A stretch of 47,107 bases of DNA from a bacterium (GTDB lineage Bacteria; Patescibacteriota; Minisyncoccia; Phycocordibacterales; UBA6065), in NCBI GenBank assembly GCA_030680695.1, contig JAUXUT010000149.1, positions 602,324 through 649,430 of the forward strand. Reading direction: 5' to 3'. The notes beneath the pieces were generated by a model. That model did not search any database. It was not told the DNA's origin and worked only from the letters and a program-made list of their open reading frames with translations. The first letter of the stretch is position 1. The number at the start of each line of letters is the position of its first letter. Positions 9,759 to 18,749 of this stretch are shown here, piece after piece. Position numbers and translations under genes: made by a program.

Positions 9759-10595
9759 ATGATGAGTCGTTTCATTGTAACCATCATGTTTGTGTTCGTG
9801 TTGGCCTTTTCGGCTAACACTGTTCGCGGCCAAATCTGGTTCGCGACTGACTTCGATTCGCCGGCGGACATCGGCAACCCATGGTTCAACTGGCAGTCGC
9901 CAATGCGGGCCTGGAGTCACCGGGTTGCCGACGGAAACCTTTACGTGGGTTTCTCCCTCGAGGAGATGCTCACCGCTCCAGGGGATCATCCCTGGGGGAC
10001 AATGTCCAACCGTGGGTTCGCGCGGTCCATGTATCCGCAAGGGAACCCATTCGAGGTCTCGGCGACGATGTTCATTGACTCCGTCAAGTTAACGAACTCC
10101 TACACGTGGAGCCAGGACCTGAGCATCTACGGCGTCAACATCCTCAGTGTCGGCGCTTACGATTCCAGGCTTTCCGGCGATCCAGTGTGGCGGATTGGCA
10201 TCACCGGGCCGTACACGCAGACCGCGTGGACGAACAGCGACATCCCTGTTACCGAGGGGTGGCACACAGTCACCCTCCAGCATGACGGATTGCACTTCGG
10301 TGCTTACGTCGACGGGACCTTGATCGGCAGCGGCACGCTCACCAGTTTGCATATGGGGGTGGCGTTGTCGGGGTGGTCCCATGTGGACTACTCGAACGAC
10401 TATGCGTCGCTCATGTTCGCCCAGGATCAATGGCCGTCACACGAGATCGTCTTCGGATCCGTCGAGTTCGGTCCGATGACCGCGGTCCCCGAGCCTTCGA
10501 CCTGGGCTACGATTGCCGGCGCACTGGCTCTCGGGTTCGTTGCCGTCCGGCGCCACTCGCGTCAGTTGCGTCACTCGCGCCACCTGCGAGGTTGA
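9759..10595 (+). CDS. PEP-CTERM sorting domain protein (concanavalin/LamG-like beta region)
   Basis: Signal peptide; C-terminal VPEPSTWATIAGALALGFVAVRRH (PEP motif, TM helix, basic tail); visibly more GC-rich than neighbours. Confidence 0.88.
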   Translation: MMSRFIVTIMFVFVLAFSANTVRGQIWFATDFDSPADIGNPWFNWQSPMRAWSHRVADGNLYVGFSLEEMLTAPGDHPWGTMSNRGFARSMYPQGNPFEVSATMFIDSVKLTNSYTWSQDLSIYGVNILSVGAYDSRLSGDPVWRIGITGPYTQTAWTNSDIPVTEGWHTVTLQHDGLHFGAYVDGTLIGSGTLTSLHMGVALSGWSHVDYSNDYASLMFAQDQWPSHEIVFGSVEFGPMTAVPEPSTWATIAGALALGFVAVRRHSRQLRHSRHLRG

Positions 10596-10623
10596 AAGTT
10601 CTTCGCTGGCACCAGCCAGCAGC

Positions 10624-10651
10624 AAGCCGCTCCTATCGGAGCGGCTTTTTT
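10624..10651 (+). terminator. intrinsic terminator after the PEP-CTERM gene
   Basis: aagccgctcc-tatc-ggagcggctt followed by a T-run. Confidence 0.8.
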
Positions 10652-10712
10652 ATTGCTGATATGGAGTTTTCCGGCATGGCGTCGAGGGTGATACAATATT
10701 TCAAGCTCTACT

Positions 10713-11930
10713 ATGATTTTTTCTTACAAAGCCGTCCGTGCCGACGGGACAGAATACGAATCGACCGCAGAAGCCGACGACAAGTTCGCGCTTTATAAAG
10801 ACCTGCACGCCAAAGGCGAGGCCGTTTTACATGTAAAAGAGAAAGGTGGAAGATCTGGATCTGGAAAAAGCATCTGGACTATATCTTTTGGTGGTGCCAA
10901 GGCGGCAGACCGGATCATGTTCGCCAAGAATCTGTCAGCAATGCTTCGCGCCGGTCTGCCGCTTGCCCGAGCCCTTTCGGTCCTTGATCGCCAGATGTCT
11001 GGCAAGGTGTGGCGCGATATGTTCGCATCTTTTCAAGACGACCTCGCCAAGGGTGTTTCGTTCTCGACCGCGCTCGCCAAGTTTCCTAAATCATTCCCGC
11101 CAATTTTTACAGCCATGGTTGCGGCAGGGGAAGAATCAGGAAACCTGTCTGGCGCGCTTTCGATTGTTGGCGAGCAATTAGACAAGTCACATAGGCTGCA
11201 AAAGAAAGTGAAGGGCGCCATGATGTATCCAGCAATTATCCTCGGCATCATGGTTGCTATAGGAATACTCATGTTCGTGTATGTGGTGCCAAAACTCACC
11301 GCCACGTTTCGTGACTTCGGAGTCGAGCTTCCGCTTGCAACCCGCGCAATATTAGGCTTATCTGACCTTGTTTCAAACCACTCTGTGTTGCTTTTCACGT
11401 CAATAATCGCGGTGGTTGCGCTTGTATTTTTCGCACTTCGTTCTAAACCTGGTAAATCCGCGTTCCACAGATTCGTACTTATTATTCCGGTCATCGGCCC
11501 GATCGCGAAAGAAGTAAACTCGGCCCGCACAGCGAGAACGATGTCGTCTTTGCTTTCTTCTGGTGTGGACATGGTGGCCGCCATCAAGATTTCCAGCAAC
11601 GTCGTGCAGAACGTTCATTACAAGGCCATGCTCGAGCGAACAGCTGAGGACATACAAAAAGGTTCAACATTGCAATCTTTGTTCTTGCCGCGCGGCGACC
11701 TGTATCCATCATTCGTTTCCGAAATGATCGGTGTGGGTGAGGAAACAGGAACCTTGTCGAAAACACTCTTGGAAGTGGCGATATTCTATGAAGGCGAGGT
11801 CGAGCAAAAAACCAAAGACATCTCGACCATCATCGAACCAGCGCTTATGGTTATCATCGGCATTGGTGTTGGTGTGTTCGCGCTCGCAATGATTGCGCCT
11901 ATCTACTCGCTCACAGAAAACATAAATTAA
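10713..11930 (+). CDS. pilC: type IV pilus platform protein PilC/GspF
   Basis: AGEESGNL, KVKGAMMYP, GEETGTL and IIEP motifs; two T2SSF domains. Confidence 0.95.
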   Translation: MIFSYKAVRADGTEYESTAEADDKFALYKDLHAKGEAVLHVKEKGGRSGSGKSIWTISFGGAKAADRIMFAKNLSAMLRAGLPLARALSVLDRQMSGKVWRDMFASFQDDLAKGVSFSTALAKFPKSFPPIFTAMVAAGEESGNLSGALSIVGEQLDKSHRLQKKVKGAMMYPAIILGIMVAIGILMFVYVVPKLTATFRDFGVELPLATRAILGLSDLVSNHSVLLFTSIIAVVALVFFALRSKPGKSAFHRFVLIIPVIGPIAKEVNSARTARTMSSLLSSGVDMVAAIKISSNVVQNVHYKAMLERTAEDIQKGSTLQSLFLPRGDLYPSFVSEMIGVGEETGTLSKTLLEVAIFYEGEVEQKTKDISTIIEPALMVIIGIGVGVFALAMIAPIYSLTENIN

Positions 11931-11948
11931 TTGCTCGAAAGAGTTTTT

Positions 11949-12401
11949 ATGAAACACAGCCAAAACAAGGGATTCACGTTACTAGAAGCCATAATATCGA
12001 TTGCGATAATATCGTCCTTGGCCGGCCTTTCGGTTGTCGCATATTCATCCTTTTCACAACGTGAGGCACTTAATGCCGCGGCATCGACCGCTGCTGCTAT
12101 GTTACGAGACGCTCGTGCACAAACCATCGCTTCGGTCGGCGGATCTCAGTACGGTGTTCTCATAGAACCGACGAGATACGTGCTTTTCAGGGGTGCAAGC
12201 TATGACGTTTCGTCACCTCATAATCAAGCAGTGATATTTAGTTCTCGTGTCCGTGCGTCATCAAGCCAGTCATCATTCGTCTTTGAACGCGTGACTGGCG
12301 ATGCCTCGGCATCTGGTATCATTGAGGTATACCTCGCCTCTGACCCTTCCACAAAAAAGACCGTAGTCGTGCAGGGAACAGGGCTTGTAAGCATAGAATG
12401 A
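11949..12401 (+). CDS. type IV minor pilin (FimT/GspH-like)
   Basis: Class III signal KG|FTLLE plus hydrophobic helix. Confidence 0.9.
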   Translation: MKHSQNKGFTLLEAIISIAIISSLAGLSVVAYSSFSQREALNAAASTAAAMLRDARAQTIASVGGSQYGVLIEPTRYVLFRGASYDVSSPHNQAVIFSSRVRASSSQSSFVFERVTGDASASGIIEVYLASDPSTKKTVVVQGTGLVSIE

Positions 12402-12889
12402 TAAGCGCATTTGCACACATAACAGGAAAAAAAGAAAAAGGCTCGGGCCTTGTAGAGATTGTTATCGCTGGGGCGATACTTTCCGCAATATCCATGGCGT
12501 TTCTTGGGACACTTTCAATCCTTTCGCAATTCCACCAGAAGGACATGATGATTATTAAAGGCCAGCTTCTCGCCGAGGAAGGTCTCGAGGCGATTCGTCT
12601 AATGAAAGGTGCTGGTTGGAACGCTATCTCGACGATTCCTACAGGACAAGCCATGTATCTTGCCCTTGGTGAATCCACGTGGAATGCGACAACATCGCCA
12701 GATGTTGTTGATGGGCAATTTCACCGATCTTTTACCCTTTCACAAGTCAGTCGCGACGCAACAGGAGACATCGTTTCATCTGGCGGTTCAGTCGATCCAG
12801 GCACGCTTCTTGCCGAGGTGACTGTGTCGTGGCTCTGGCGCAACGCAACATCGACTGTAAGCTATCAAACCTATGTTACGAGCCTCTAA
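12398..12889 (+). CDS. type IV minor pilin (PilV-like)
   Basis: KG|SGLVE prepilin motif; LAEEGLEAIR. Confidence 0.85.
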   Translation: MISAFAHITGKKEKGSGLVEIVIAGAILSAISMAFLGTLSILSQFHQKDMMIIKGQLLAEEGLEAIRLMKGAGWNAISTIPTGQAMYLALGESTWNATTSPDVVDGQFHRSFTLSQVSRDATGDIVSSGGSVDPGTLLAEVTVSWLWRNATSTVSYQTYVTSL

Positions 12890-13418
12890 TCAGACTAATA
12901 CGAGGCCGACGCGTTCTCGTGGCTTCACACTCGCCGAGACTTTAGTGTATGCCGGACTCGTCGCCTTCCTTCTCGTTGTTATTGTTCAAGCAACAATTGC
13001 TGTGGCCAGGTCCCATGATCGGTCGAGCACCTATCTCGACGTAAACGCAACGGCCATGACGGCTTTCAGCAGATTCTCGCGCGATATACGTCGCGCTACG
13101 GGTGTCGACTTTGTGGCAAGCACCATTGGGGCGTCGCCAGGCAGGCTCGTACTCGAGATGAAAAGAGATGACGGCACGAACGACATTGTTGACCTGTATC
13201 TATCGGGTAGCAAAATACACGTCGAGAATAACGGCGTTTTAATCGGCGACCTCACGCCTAGTAACATGGATGTGTCCAATTTAACTTTCCGCATTTTTAC
13301 CGCCGCGAGCACCACAGCTGTGCGCATAGAAATGACCGTCGCGCCTGATAATATGCCCGACGTGCATGCCGTGAATTTCTACGGTACGTATGTATTGCGT
13401 GGATCGTATGTCGAATAA
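12873..13418 (+). CDS. type IV minor pilin (PilW/GspJ-like)
   Basis: RG|FTLAE prepilin motif; SRDIRRA. Confidence 0.88.
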   Translation: MLRASNQTNTRPTRSRGFTLAETLVYAGLVAFLLVVIVQATIAVARSHDRSSTYLDVNATAMTAFSRFSRDIRRATGVDFVASTIGASPGRLVLEMKRDDGTNDIVDLYLSGSKIHVENNGVLIGDLTPSNMDVSNLTFRIFTAASTTAVRIEMTVAPDNMPDVHAVNFYGTYVLRGSYVE

Positions 13419-13428
13419 CTCTATGTAA

Positions 13429-15177
13429 ATGCAAATGATTCGCAATAACCAAAATAGAAAAGGGGCACAGGGCGGATACGTTCTTATTACTTCTCTTATA
13501 TTCCTAATGGCTGGTGGTGGGGCGGTCGTAGCTGGCCTTTCAGATGGTGTTGTCCGTGAAGTCCGTTCAATAAGAAATGAATCTTATTCCAAGCAGGGTT
13601 ATTTCGCTTCGGAATCAGCTCTCGAAGATGCCCTGTACAGGATACGATCGGGAATGAATATCGATGCCACCGAGACCGTGTCTTTGGGTTCGAGCCAAGC
13701 TTCCGTGACGATAACGACAGGTTCCGAACAGACAATCGTTACGTCCCAAGGAACTTCTGGTGGAACGACGCGGAGCACCGCCGCAACACTTTCCGGGGGC
13801 GAGAGCGTTGGATTTAACTATGCTATACAAGGTGGCCTGGGTGGAATCGATATCGCTTCTGGTATAAACATCACAGGAAGTCTTTATACTACGGGTACAA
13901 TCAGGTCTGCAGGCAACGCATCTATATCTGGACAAGCTGTTTCCGCAGAAGTTCCTGTTATATATCTCGATCAAGATAATTCAACACCCGCAACGCCAAC
14001 ACAGTTCATCAATTTCGGTAATGCTGCATCAACCCAGGATTTCGCACAAAGCTTCACTGTAAGTTCCAGCACATCGCTTATGAGCGTGCAGCTTTATATA
14101 CGCAAGATAGGAAACCCATCGAATGCCACGGTGAAGATAACAGCAAACAGCGGCAGCAATCCCAATTTCCATAACCCGCTCGCATCAGGAACGCTTTCAT
14201 CCTCGCTTCTTACCGAATCATATCAGTGGGTCGAGATAACACTCACTGCTAATCCAATACTTAATGCGGGGACGACATATTGGATCGTCATAGATGCGAA
14301 TCCTGATGTATCAAATTATTATTCTGTGGCGGCGAACAATTCTTATTCTGGTGGGCAGGGCAAGATAGGAAGGGGGGACTGGGGTCAATGGGGCAATACC
14401 TCACCATCTGGTCTCGATATGTATTTCAAGGCATACATCGGATCAAACAAAATCGGCGTTGCCGGACACGACACATATAATCGTCTTACAGTCGGCAGCG
14501 CGTATGCAAATCAGGTGAGCTTTGTGAACGCATCCGGAGTCATTTATTGCCAAGAAGGCGGCAGTAACAATAAGCCATGCGATACTTCTCGTGCCGATCC
14601 GATCATTGAAAGAATGCCGGTGCCAAATGACGCTATCGAGTTTTGGAAGGCCGAGGCAGAAGCAGGTGGAACTTTGCCTACTCAGACGGTAGGGTCTACA
14701 GGAGCAACTATTGGTCCCAAGAAAATTAACGGAAATCTTAACGTCGGATCCGGTGGAACTTTACAGGTTTCTGGCACTTTGTGGGTCACAGGTAATGTTA
14801 ATTTGGACGGCGGTGCAATGATTCGTTCAGCAGATTCTTCCAAAAGCTTTGCCATCGTCTCAGACGGTTCTATATCCGTGTCTGGTGGAGCTAAAGTCAA
14901 CGGAGGTGCAAATAGTCACATACTATTTATATCTACAAGTACCGATGACCCTGCTATATACATCAATGGAGGCACGAACAGTATCGCGGCCGTTGCTCCA
15001 AACGGCATAATGCGCATTTTGGGAGGCGCCACGGTAAAAGCAATATCCGCCAAACACGTTTATTTATCTGGAAACTCTACCATAATTTATGACCCAGAGA
15101 TGTCCATGCTTAACATTTCCGGTGGATCATCGTCTTCAGGACCCCTCAATATTAAGTCCTGGAGGGAGGTAGAGTAG
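13429..15177 (+). CDS. large PilX-like minor pilin with adhesin-like C-terminal domains
   Basis: GG|YVLIT without E5; YFASESALEDALYRI PilX-N-like motif; AQSF...YWIV beta-sandwich; beta-helix-like tail; ends SWREVE. Confidence 0.85.
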   Translation: MQMIRNNQNRKGAQGGYVLITSLIFLMAGGGAVVAGLSDGVVREVRSIRNESYSKQGYFASESALEDALYRIRSGMNIDATETVSLGSSQASVTITTGSEQTIVTSQGTSGGTTRSTAATLSGGESVGFNYAIQGGLGGIDIASGINITGSLYTTGTIRSAGNASISGQAVSAEVPVIYLDQDNSTPATPTQFINFGNAASTQDFAQSFTVSSSTSLMSVQLYIRKIGNPSNATVKITANSGSNPNFHNPLASGTLSSSLLTESYQWVEITLTANPILNAGTTYWIVIDANPDVSNYYSVAANNSYSGGQGKIGRGDWGQWGNTSPSGLDMYFKAYIGSNKIGVAGHDTYNRLTVGSAYANQVSFVNASGVIYCQEGGSNNKPCDTSRADPIIERMPVPNDAIEFWKAEAEAGGTLPTQTVGSTGATIGPKKINGNLNVGSGGTLQVSGTLWVTGNVNLDGGAMIRSADSSKSFAIVSDGSISVSGGAKVNGGANSHILFISTSTDDPAIYINGGTNSIAAVAPNGIMRILGGATVKAISAKHVYLSGNSTIIYDPEMSMLNISGGSSSSGPLNIKSWREVE

Positions 15178-15217
15178 CGGTCTACGAGCGGTCCCGAAGT
15201 GGTGTATACTCTGTAAT

Positions 15218-15997
15218 ATGAAGAAAAAAGGCACAAAAAAGCGCTTCTTACTGGTCGCCAACTGGAAGATGAATCCAGATAGCCTCGAAGATGCCAAGGT
15301 TCTTGCGGCTGCTTTTGAACGAAAGGCTAAAAAATCAGCCAGGACGGCTGTTGTCGTATGTCCGCCCGCCCCGTTCATCACAACTTTGGTGGGTAATGGT
15401 AAAAAGTCTGTCAGGATAGGCTCCCAGGACATTGATCACCGTACGGAAGGTTCATTCACTGGTTCAGTTTCAGCTCGCCAGGTTCGCACATCAGGGGCTG
15501 AATACGCCATCATTGGCCACAGCGAACGCCGTGCCGCTGGCGACACTGACGCAATCATTGTCGAGAAGGTTTTACGTGCATTTGAGGCCGGACTCAAAGT
15601 AATTCTGTGTGTTGGCGAGGATAAGCGTGACCACAATGCGCAATATTTGCTCGCTGTCCGTTCTCAACTCATGGCTGTGCTCGCCAAAGTTGAAAAATCG
15701 AGGCTCAAGCAGATAGTCATTGCGTACGAGCCAGTTTGGGCGATTGGTAAAAGCTTCGCGTCGGCACTCTCGCCTCGCGACATACACGAAATGTCTATAT
15801 TTATAAAGAAGGTTGTGGCCGAGGCTGCAGGTAAAGATGCCGGACTTCGAGCACAAGTGCTTTACGGCGGGTCAGTGAGTGTTGATTCTGCTCGTGATAT
15901 GCTCGCTGAAGGTGGTGTGGACGGACTCCTCGTTGGCAGGCAGTCCCTAGACGCCGAAAATTTTAACGGCATCATTGATCATGCAGACTCCATTTAA
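15218..15997 (+). CDS. tpiA: triosephosphate isomerase
   Basis: NWKMN, GHSERR, AYEPVWAIG and YGGSV motifs. Confidence 0.97.
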   Translation: MKKKGTKKRFLLVANWKMNPDSLEDAKVLAAAFERKAKKSARTAVVVCPPAPFITTLVGNGKKSVRIGSQDIDHRTEGSFTGSVSARQVRTSGAEYAIIGHSERRAAGDTDAIIVEKVLRAFEAGLKVILCVGEDKRDHNAQYLLAVRSQLMAVLAKVEKSRLKQIVIAYEPVWAIGKSFASALSPRDIHEMSIFIKKVVAEAAGKDAGLRAQVLYGGSVSVDSARDMLAEGGVDGLLVGRQSLDAENFNGIIDHADSI

Positions 15998-17108
15998 AAA
16001 ACTTTCAGACCTCAAAGATTTGCGCGGCAAGCGCGTTCTTTTACGTCTCGATCTCAATGTGCCAATAATCGGAGATGAAGTGCGAGATGACTTTCGTATC
16101 AGACGTTCAATGCCTACACTTGAAATGCTCCGTGATGCTGGCGCGAAGACTATCGTCATAAGCCATATCGAGAGCGATCTCACCGACTCACTTGGACGCA
16201 TCGCTTCTTATATTGGGACATTTGTTCCAATTAAAGCTTTCATAGGCAAACTCAATGACGCACCGGGCATAGTCGCCAATATGGTAGACGGCGATATAGT
16301 CATGCTCGACAATCTCCGTCATGATCTAGGCGAGAAGGCCAATGACCCAGTATTCGCTGGAAGGCTCGCGAGCCTCGCTGACATATATGTGAACGACGCC
16401 TTCGCTGTATCGCATCGCGAACACGCGTCAATTGTTTCTGTGCCACGTCTCATACCTTCTTATGCGGGACCACTCCTCGCCGAAGAAGTAAGCGAGCTTT
16501 CCAAGGCCTTTGAACCAGAGCGCCCGTTTGTCTTTCTGCTCGGTGGCGCCAAATTCGACACTAAATTGCCGCTCATCGAAAAGTTTTTAAAAATCGCTGA
16601 TTATGTGTTTGTCGGCGGTGCATTGGCTAACGATTTGTTTAAGGAAAAGGGCTATGAAGTAGGTAAATCTCTCGTATCAAATTTGTCGATGAACCTTAAA
16701 CACATAGAAAACAATCCAAAACTCCTCCTACCCGACGATGTTGTCTCGGCTAATCCTATGGATAAGTCCGTGAAAAGTCCCGAAGAGCTCGGTGTGGACG
16801 ACAATATTCTCGATGCGGGACCGCGTACAATAAGCGAACTTTCAGATGTCATGACTGGCGCGGCGTTCGTTCTTTGGAATGGCCCGATCGGCGATTACGA
16901 GAAAGGTTATTCGGAAGGCTCAGAAGCGCTTGCACAAGCGATTGTTGAAAGCGGCGCACGTTCGATTGTTGGCGGCGGCGACACGATTGCAATTATCGCC
17001 AAGAAAGGCTTACTCGATAAGTTTTCGTTCGTTTCTACTGGCGGTGGGGCTATGTTAGAATTCTTGGCCAAGGGCACTTTGCCCGGTATAGATGCACTGA
17101 AGTCATAA
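15981..17108 (+). CDS. pgk: phosphoglycerate kinase
   Basis: RLDLNVP, NDAFAVSHR, GGAK, WNGP, GGGDT and STGGGAMLEFL motifs. Confidence 0.97.
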   Translation: MQTPFKKLSDLKDLRGKRVLLRLDLNVPIIGDEVRDDFRIRRSMPTLEMLRDAGAKTIVISHIESDLTDSLGRIASYIGTFVPIKAFIGKLNDAPGIVANMVDGDIVMLDNLRHDLGEKANDPVFAGRLASLADIYVNDAFAVSHREHASIVSVPRLIPSYAGPLLAEEVSELSKAFEPERPFVFLLGGAKFDTKLPLIEKFLKIADYVFVGGALANDLFKEKGYEVGKSLVSNLSMNLKHIENNPKLLLPDDVVSANPMDKSVKSPEELGVDDNILDAGPRTISELSDVMTGAAFVLWNGPIGDYEKGYSEGSEALAQAIVESGARSIVGGGDTIAIIAKKGLLDKFSFVSTGGGAMLEFLAKGTLPGIDALKS

Positions 17109-17120
17109 CAGACTCACAAA

Positions 17121-17687
17121 ATGGATCCAAAGGTTAAACGGCAACTCATAAAAGACGTAATTCTCATTCTGATTTCGCTCGGGGTTGCATACCTCGTCAT
17201 GAAGAGCCCTCTCGTCAACACCATCACTCACATGACGAGTAGTTGGTATATATTGACCGCTTTCGTGGCCGGTATATTTTTTACCTCCATATTCACAACA
17301 GCTCCTGCTATTGCAATCCTTGCCAAACTCGGTGCCGTTCACAATCCATTTGTCATAGCCGCTATGGGCGGCATGGGCGCATACATAGGCGACCTTATTA
17401 TACTCAGATTCCTTAAGGATCATCTTGCCGCAAGCGTTGTAATGCTCATTGATTCCAAGGGCAAAGGTGAAGGCAGGTTCGCCCATCTCCTTCATCAGCG
17501 CCTATTCCGTTGGTCTCTCGCTTTTCTAGGGGCTATTATCTTAGCATCACCCTTTCCTGATGAAATTGGTCTTGCTCTCATGGGCATGTCTAACATAAGC
17601 GGCAGACGCTTTGCGGCCATATCTTTTACGTTCAACGCCTTTGGAATCCTCGTTATAGCTTTTATCGCTCGATCGGCTATACAGTAG
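17121..17687 (+). CDS. multi-pass membrane protein (VTT/SNARE-associated-like)
   Basis: Several TM helices; G..IGD and SPFPDE motifs. Confidence 0.75.
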   Translation: MDPKVKRQLIKDVILILISLGVAYLVMKSPLVNTITHMTSSWYILTAFVAGIFFTSIFTTAPAIAILAKLGAVHNPFVIAAMGGMGAYIGDLIILRFLKDHLAASVVMLIDSKGKGEGRFAHLLHQRLFRWSLAFLGAIILASPFPDEIGLALMGMSNISGRRFAAISFTFNAFGILVIAFIARSAIQ

Positions 17688-18060
17688 CGTTGATACTATC
17701 AAGCGCATTACGGATTTTTGCGGCGTTTTCTTCGAACGCCATCTTGTCACCCTTGGTGCCCTCGTTTGGATAGACCTGGATATGGGCGTGCGGTACTTCC
17801 TCGCCGAAAATCTTGGCGATGACAAAGTCTGTTCCGAATGCGGCTCGTTGCGAAAGTGCGATTCTGCGGGCAAGTGCGAAGTATTTGTCGCTCTGCGGGA
17901 CGTCCCAAACCCATGTATGGTGCTCTTTAGGTATGACGAGCGTGTGGCCCGGGGACCAGGGTCTGATGTCGAGAAAGGCGGTGAAGTTTTCATCTTCATA
18001 GACTTTGTATGATGGAATATCGCCGTGGACTATTTTGCAGAATATGCATTCATTGTTCAT
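17677..18060 (-). CDS. HIT family nucleotide hydrolase
   Basis: CIFCKIV.G.IP, FLDIRP..PGHTLVIPK and VPHAHIQ; true start is ATG 18060 within the longer track ORF. Confidence 0.92.
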   Translation of the reverse strand: MNNECIFCKIVHGDIPSYKVYEDENFTAFLDIRPWSPGHTLVIPKEHHTWVWDVPQSDKYFALARRIALSQRAAFGTDFVIAKIFGEEVPHAHIQVYPNEGTKGDKMAFEENAAKIRNALDSINATV

Positions 18061-18125
18061 GTATAAAAAATACCACACCTTTGCGGGGTGTGGTATGGGG
18101 TCTGTCTGACGAAGGTGCAGAGACG

Positions 18126-18641
18126 TTAGTCCTCGATAGGACCGAACGTCTCCAGGAGCTCCCACGCCAGGTTCTCGATGTCGCAGAGCTCGGCGAGCTT
18201 CGTGACCATGGATTCTGTAAAGGCCGTGCCGTCGACGTCGAGGCCATCGCCGTTGGGCGTGCCGATGACCACCGTGAACTTCTGGACGAATTCGTCCTTC
18301 GTCGCGCTCGCGATATCGCCACGGTATTCGAATCCTACCCCGGTGCCCGCACCCTTCTCGTCCTTGATGGGGACGGTGAGAAAGAATGGTCCGGACCATG
18401 GCATTTCACGGATCTTGCCGATGAGGTGTAAGACGATGAACGGGTCATCAACAAACAGCTCGACGAGAGTTTCGCGCGCCTTCGTGAGATTCGAGAGTGC
18501 TCGCGTCCGCATCACCGAGGCGTATCGCTCGGGCTGGGACCGCAGCTTCTCGATCTCCTGTCGGTCGGCGCGCGTCTCGAGTATCGCGCGGGAGAGACGC
18601 TTTGAGAGCGGTTCCGCAACTGGTCTTGTTCCACTGAACAT
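18126..18641 (-). CDS. hypothetical protein (solo accessory gene)
   Basis: GC-rich ORF with AGAAAGGA SD; TTGACT-16-TATAAT promoter at 18686-18713; hairpin at about 18070-18096 downstream. Confidence 0.7.
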   Translation of the reverse strand: MFSGTRPVAEPLSKRLSRAILETRADRQEIEKLRSQPERYASVMRTRALSNLTKARETLVELFVDDPFIVLHLIGKIREMPWSGPFFLTVPIKDEKGAGTGVGFEYRGDIASATKDEFVQKFTVVIGTPNGDGLDVDGTAFTESMVTKLAELCDIENLAWELLETFGPIED

Positions 18642-18749
18642 AATCAAGGTTCCTTTCTGGTTAAGTTAAACTGGGTTCATGCTTAATTATACTCTTTTTT
18701 ACAGAAAAGTCAAATGAGTCCAGCCAAGGCCCGTGATAGAATGGCTCGT

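Noticed and set aside
18061-18399. N-terminal extension of the HIT ORF (240 aa in the track)
   Set aside because: It is an alternate frame of the 18126-18641 gene and crosses a hairpin. HIT homology starts at ATG 18060.
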